This document shows, piece after piece, positions 29,821-32,000 of a stretch of 32,000 bases of DNA (position 1 is its first letter; the number at the start of each line of letters is the position of its first letter). Made by a program: the position numbers and the translations under genes. This stretch comes from Bacillus subtilis subsp. subtilis str. 168. GTDB taxonomy: Bacteria > Bacillota > Bacilli > Bacillales > Bacillaceae. The notes below the pieces were generated by a model. It did not search any database. It worked only from the letters and a program-made list of their open reading frames with translations, and had not been told where the DNA came from. The stretch lies in assembly GCF_000009045.1 (NCBI RefSeq), contig NC_000964.3, positions 1,110,001 to 1,142,000 of the forward strand, given 5' to 3'.

Positions 29821-32000
29821 ACCGGCAGACAGCACATGGACAGATGACCAATGGAATGCCATTGTTTCAACCGGCCAGGATATTCTTGTGGCAGCGGCTG
29901 CGGGCTCTGGTAAAACCGCTGTGCTCGTTGAACGAATGATTCGGAAAATCACCGCGGAGGAAAACCCAATAGATGTAGACCGTCTTCTCGTTGTGACATT
30001 TACAAACGCCTCAGCGGCAGAGATGAAGCACCGAATCGCAGAAGCCTTGGAAAAAGAGCTTGTACAGCGCCCCGGCTCGCTGCATATTAGACGCCAGCTG
30101 TCTCTTTTAAACCGGGCCAGCATTTCGACGCTCCATTCCTTTTGCCTGCAAGTGCTGAAGAAATATTACTACTTGATCGATCTTGATCCGGGCTTTCGGA
30201 TAGCTGATCAGACGGAAGGCGAGCTGATCGGGGATGAAGTGCTTGACGAGCTGTTTGAAGACGAATACGCAAAGGGCGAAAAGGCGTTTTTTGAGCTTGT
30301 TGACCGCTATACGACAGACCGGCATGATCTGGATCTGCAATTTCTCGTTAAACAGGTGTACGAGTATTCCCGATCCCATCCCAACCCGGAGGCGTGGCTG
30401 GAAAGCTTTGTTCATTTGTATGATGTATCAGAAAAGAGCGCCATCGAGGAGCTGCCGTTTTATCAATATGTCAAAGAAGATATTGCAATGGTGCTTAACG
30501 GGGCGAAGGAAAAGCTCTTGCGCGCGCTTGAGCTGACGAAAGCGCCGGGCGGCCCGGCGCCGCGTGCTGACAATTTTCTTGATGATCTTGCTCAGATTGA
30601 TGAACTGATTCAGCATCAGGACGATTTCAGTGAACTATATAAGCGGGTGCCCGCCGTCTCTTTTAAGCGTGCCAAAGCAGTAAAAGGGGATGAGTTCGAT
30701 CCAGCGCTCCTTGATGAGGCGACAGATTTGAGGAACGGCGCAAAAAAACTGCTTGAAAAGCTCAAAACCGACTACTTCACGCGAAGTCCTGAACAGCACT
30801 TGAAAAGCCTAGCCGAGATGAAGCCTGTCATTGAAACGCTCGTACAGCTTGTCATCAGCTATGGAAAACGATTCGAAGCTGCGAAACAGGAAAAATCAAT
30901 CATCGATTTTTCGGATTTGGAGCATTACTGTTTAGCGATTTTGACAGCTGAGAATGACAAAGGTGAACGTGAGCCGAGCGAGGCTGCAAGGTTTTATCAG
31001 GAACAGTTTCATGAGGTGCTCGTTGACGAATATCAGGATACCAACCTCGTGCAGGAATCGATTCTGCAGCTCGTCACAAGCGGTCCGGAGGAGACTGGTA
31101 ACCTGTTTATGGTAGGAGATGTCAAACAGTCGATTTATCGATTCAGGCTTGCGGAGCCGCTTCTTTTCCTCTCTAAATACAAACGGTTTACAGAGAGCGG
31201 AGAAGGCACGGGGCGGAAAATCGATTTAAATAAAAATTTCCGAAGCCGGGCTGATATTTTAGACAGCACAAACTTTTTATTTAAACAGCTGATGGGCGGC
31301 AAAATCGGTGAGGTCGATTATGACGAGCAGGCTGAGCTGAAGCTTGGTGCAGCGTATCCGGACAATGACGAGACGGAAACAGAGCTGCTGCTGATCGACA
31401 ACGCAGAAGATACGGATGCAAGCGAGGAAGCAGAAGAGCTTGAAACGGTGCAGTTTGAGGCAAAAGCCATCGCTAAGGAAATTCGTAAGCTGATTTCATC
31501 GCCGTTTAAGGTGTATGACGGAAAAAAGAAAACACATCGCAATATTCAATACCGAGATATCGTGATTTTGCTCCGTTCGATGCCGTGGGCTCCGCAAATC
31601 ATGGAGGAGCTGAGAGCACAGGGCATACCGGTTTACGCCAATTTAACGTCAGGCTATTTTGAAGCGGTCGAAGTCGCCGTCGCGCTTTCTGTGCTGAAGG
31701 TGATTGATAATCCGTATCAGGATATACCGCTTGCCTCTGTGCTGCGCTCACCGATTGTCGGAGCAGATGAAAACGAGCTGTCTTTGATCCGGCTTGAAAA
31801 TAAAAAAGCGCCGTACTATGAGGCGATGAAAGACTACCTGGCTGCTGGTGACCGGAGCGATGAGCTTTATCAAAAGTTAAATACGTTTTACGGACATCTG
31901 CAAAAATGGCGCGCGTTTTCGAAAAACCACTCAGTATCTGAGCTGATTTGGGAAGTGTACCGCGACACCAAATATATGGATTATGTCGGCGGCATGCCGG
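29807..32000 (+). CDS. addA: ATP-dependent helicase/nuclease subunit A, 5' part cut by the window edge
   Basis: [45 protein letters not shown] (UvrD-type Walker A), [26 protein letters not shown]. Overlaps addB by 14 nt. Missing from the ORF track because it is open at the edge. Confidence 0.97.

Noticed and set aside
29807-32000. Absence of a plus-strand ORF after addB in the supplied track, suggesting non-coding DNA
   Set aside because: Direct translation gives an uninterrupted AddA N-terminal region to the window end; the tracker simply dropped the open-ended ORF.

Overview
This 32 kb window is a chromosomal segment whose gene content and order match my knowledge of the Bacillus subtilis 168-type yhfS-addA region. 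Identification is from recalled protein sequences and lengths, not from a search. Left to right it contains: a BirA-type biotin-controlled operon (bioY/yhfU-yhfT-yhfS), hemAT, a DAO/Rieske protein (yhfW), two paralogous SDR genes (yhxC, yhxD) flanking yhzC and comK, yhjA, a Na+/solute symporter pair (yhjB/yhjC), yhjD, yhjE-sipV, a FAD hydroxylase and MarR regulator pair (yhjG/yhjH), the low-GC kanosamine/neotrehalosadiamine cluster (ntdABC, glcP, ntdR), yhjN, a divergent MFS and SgrR-like regulator pair (yhjO/yhjP), a Cys-rich copper-storage-like protein (yhjQ), a ferritin-like protein (yhjR), and addB-addA. I see no CRISPR, phage, transposon or RNA genes. There is no strong candidate for a wholly new system. 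The observations most worth a second look are a shared palindrome, TTGTTWC-N4-GTAACAA, at the yhjG and yhjH promoters; the sgrR/setA-like arrangement of yhjP/yhjO; the terminator-like hairpin inside ntdC-glcP; and the AT-rich ntd island. Several ORF-track starts are over-extended: hemAT, yhfW, yhxC, yhjP and addB probably use TTG starts. The partial genes yhfS and addA are missing from the track.
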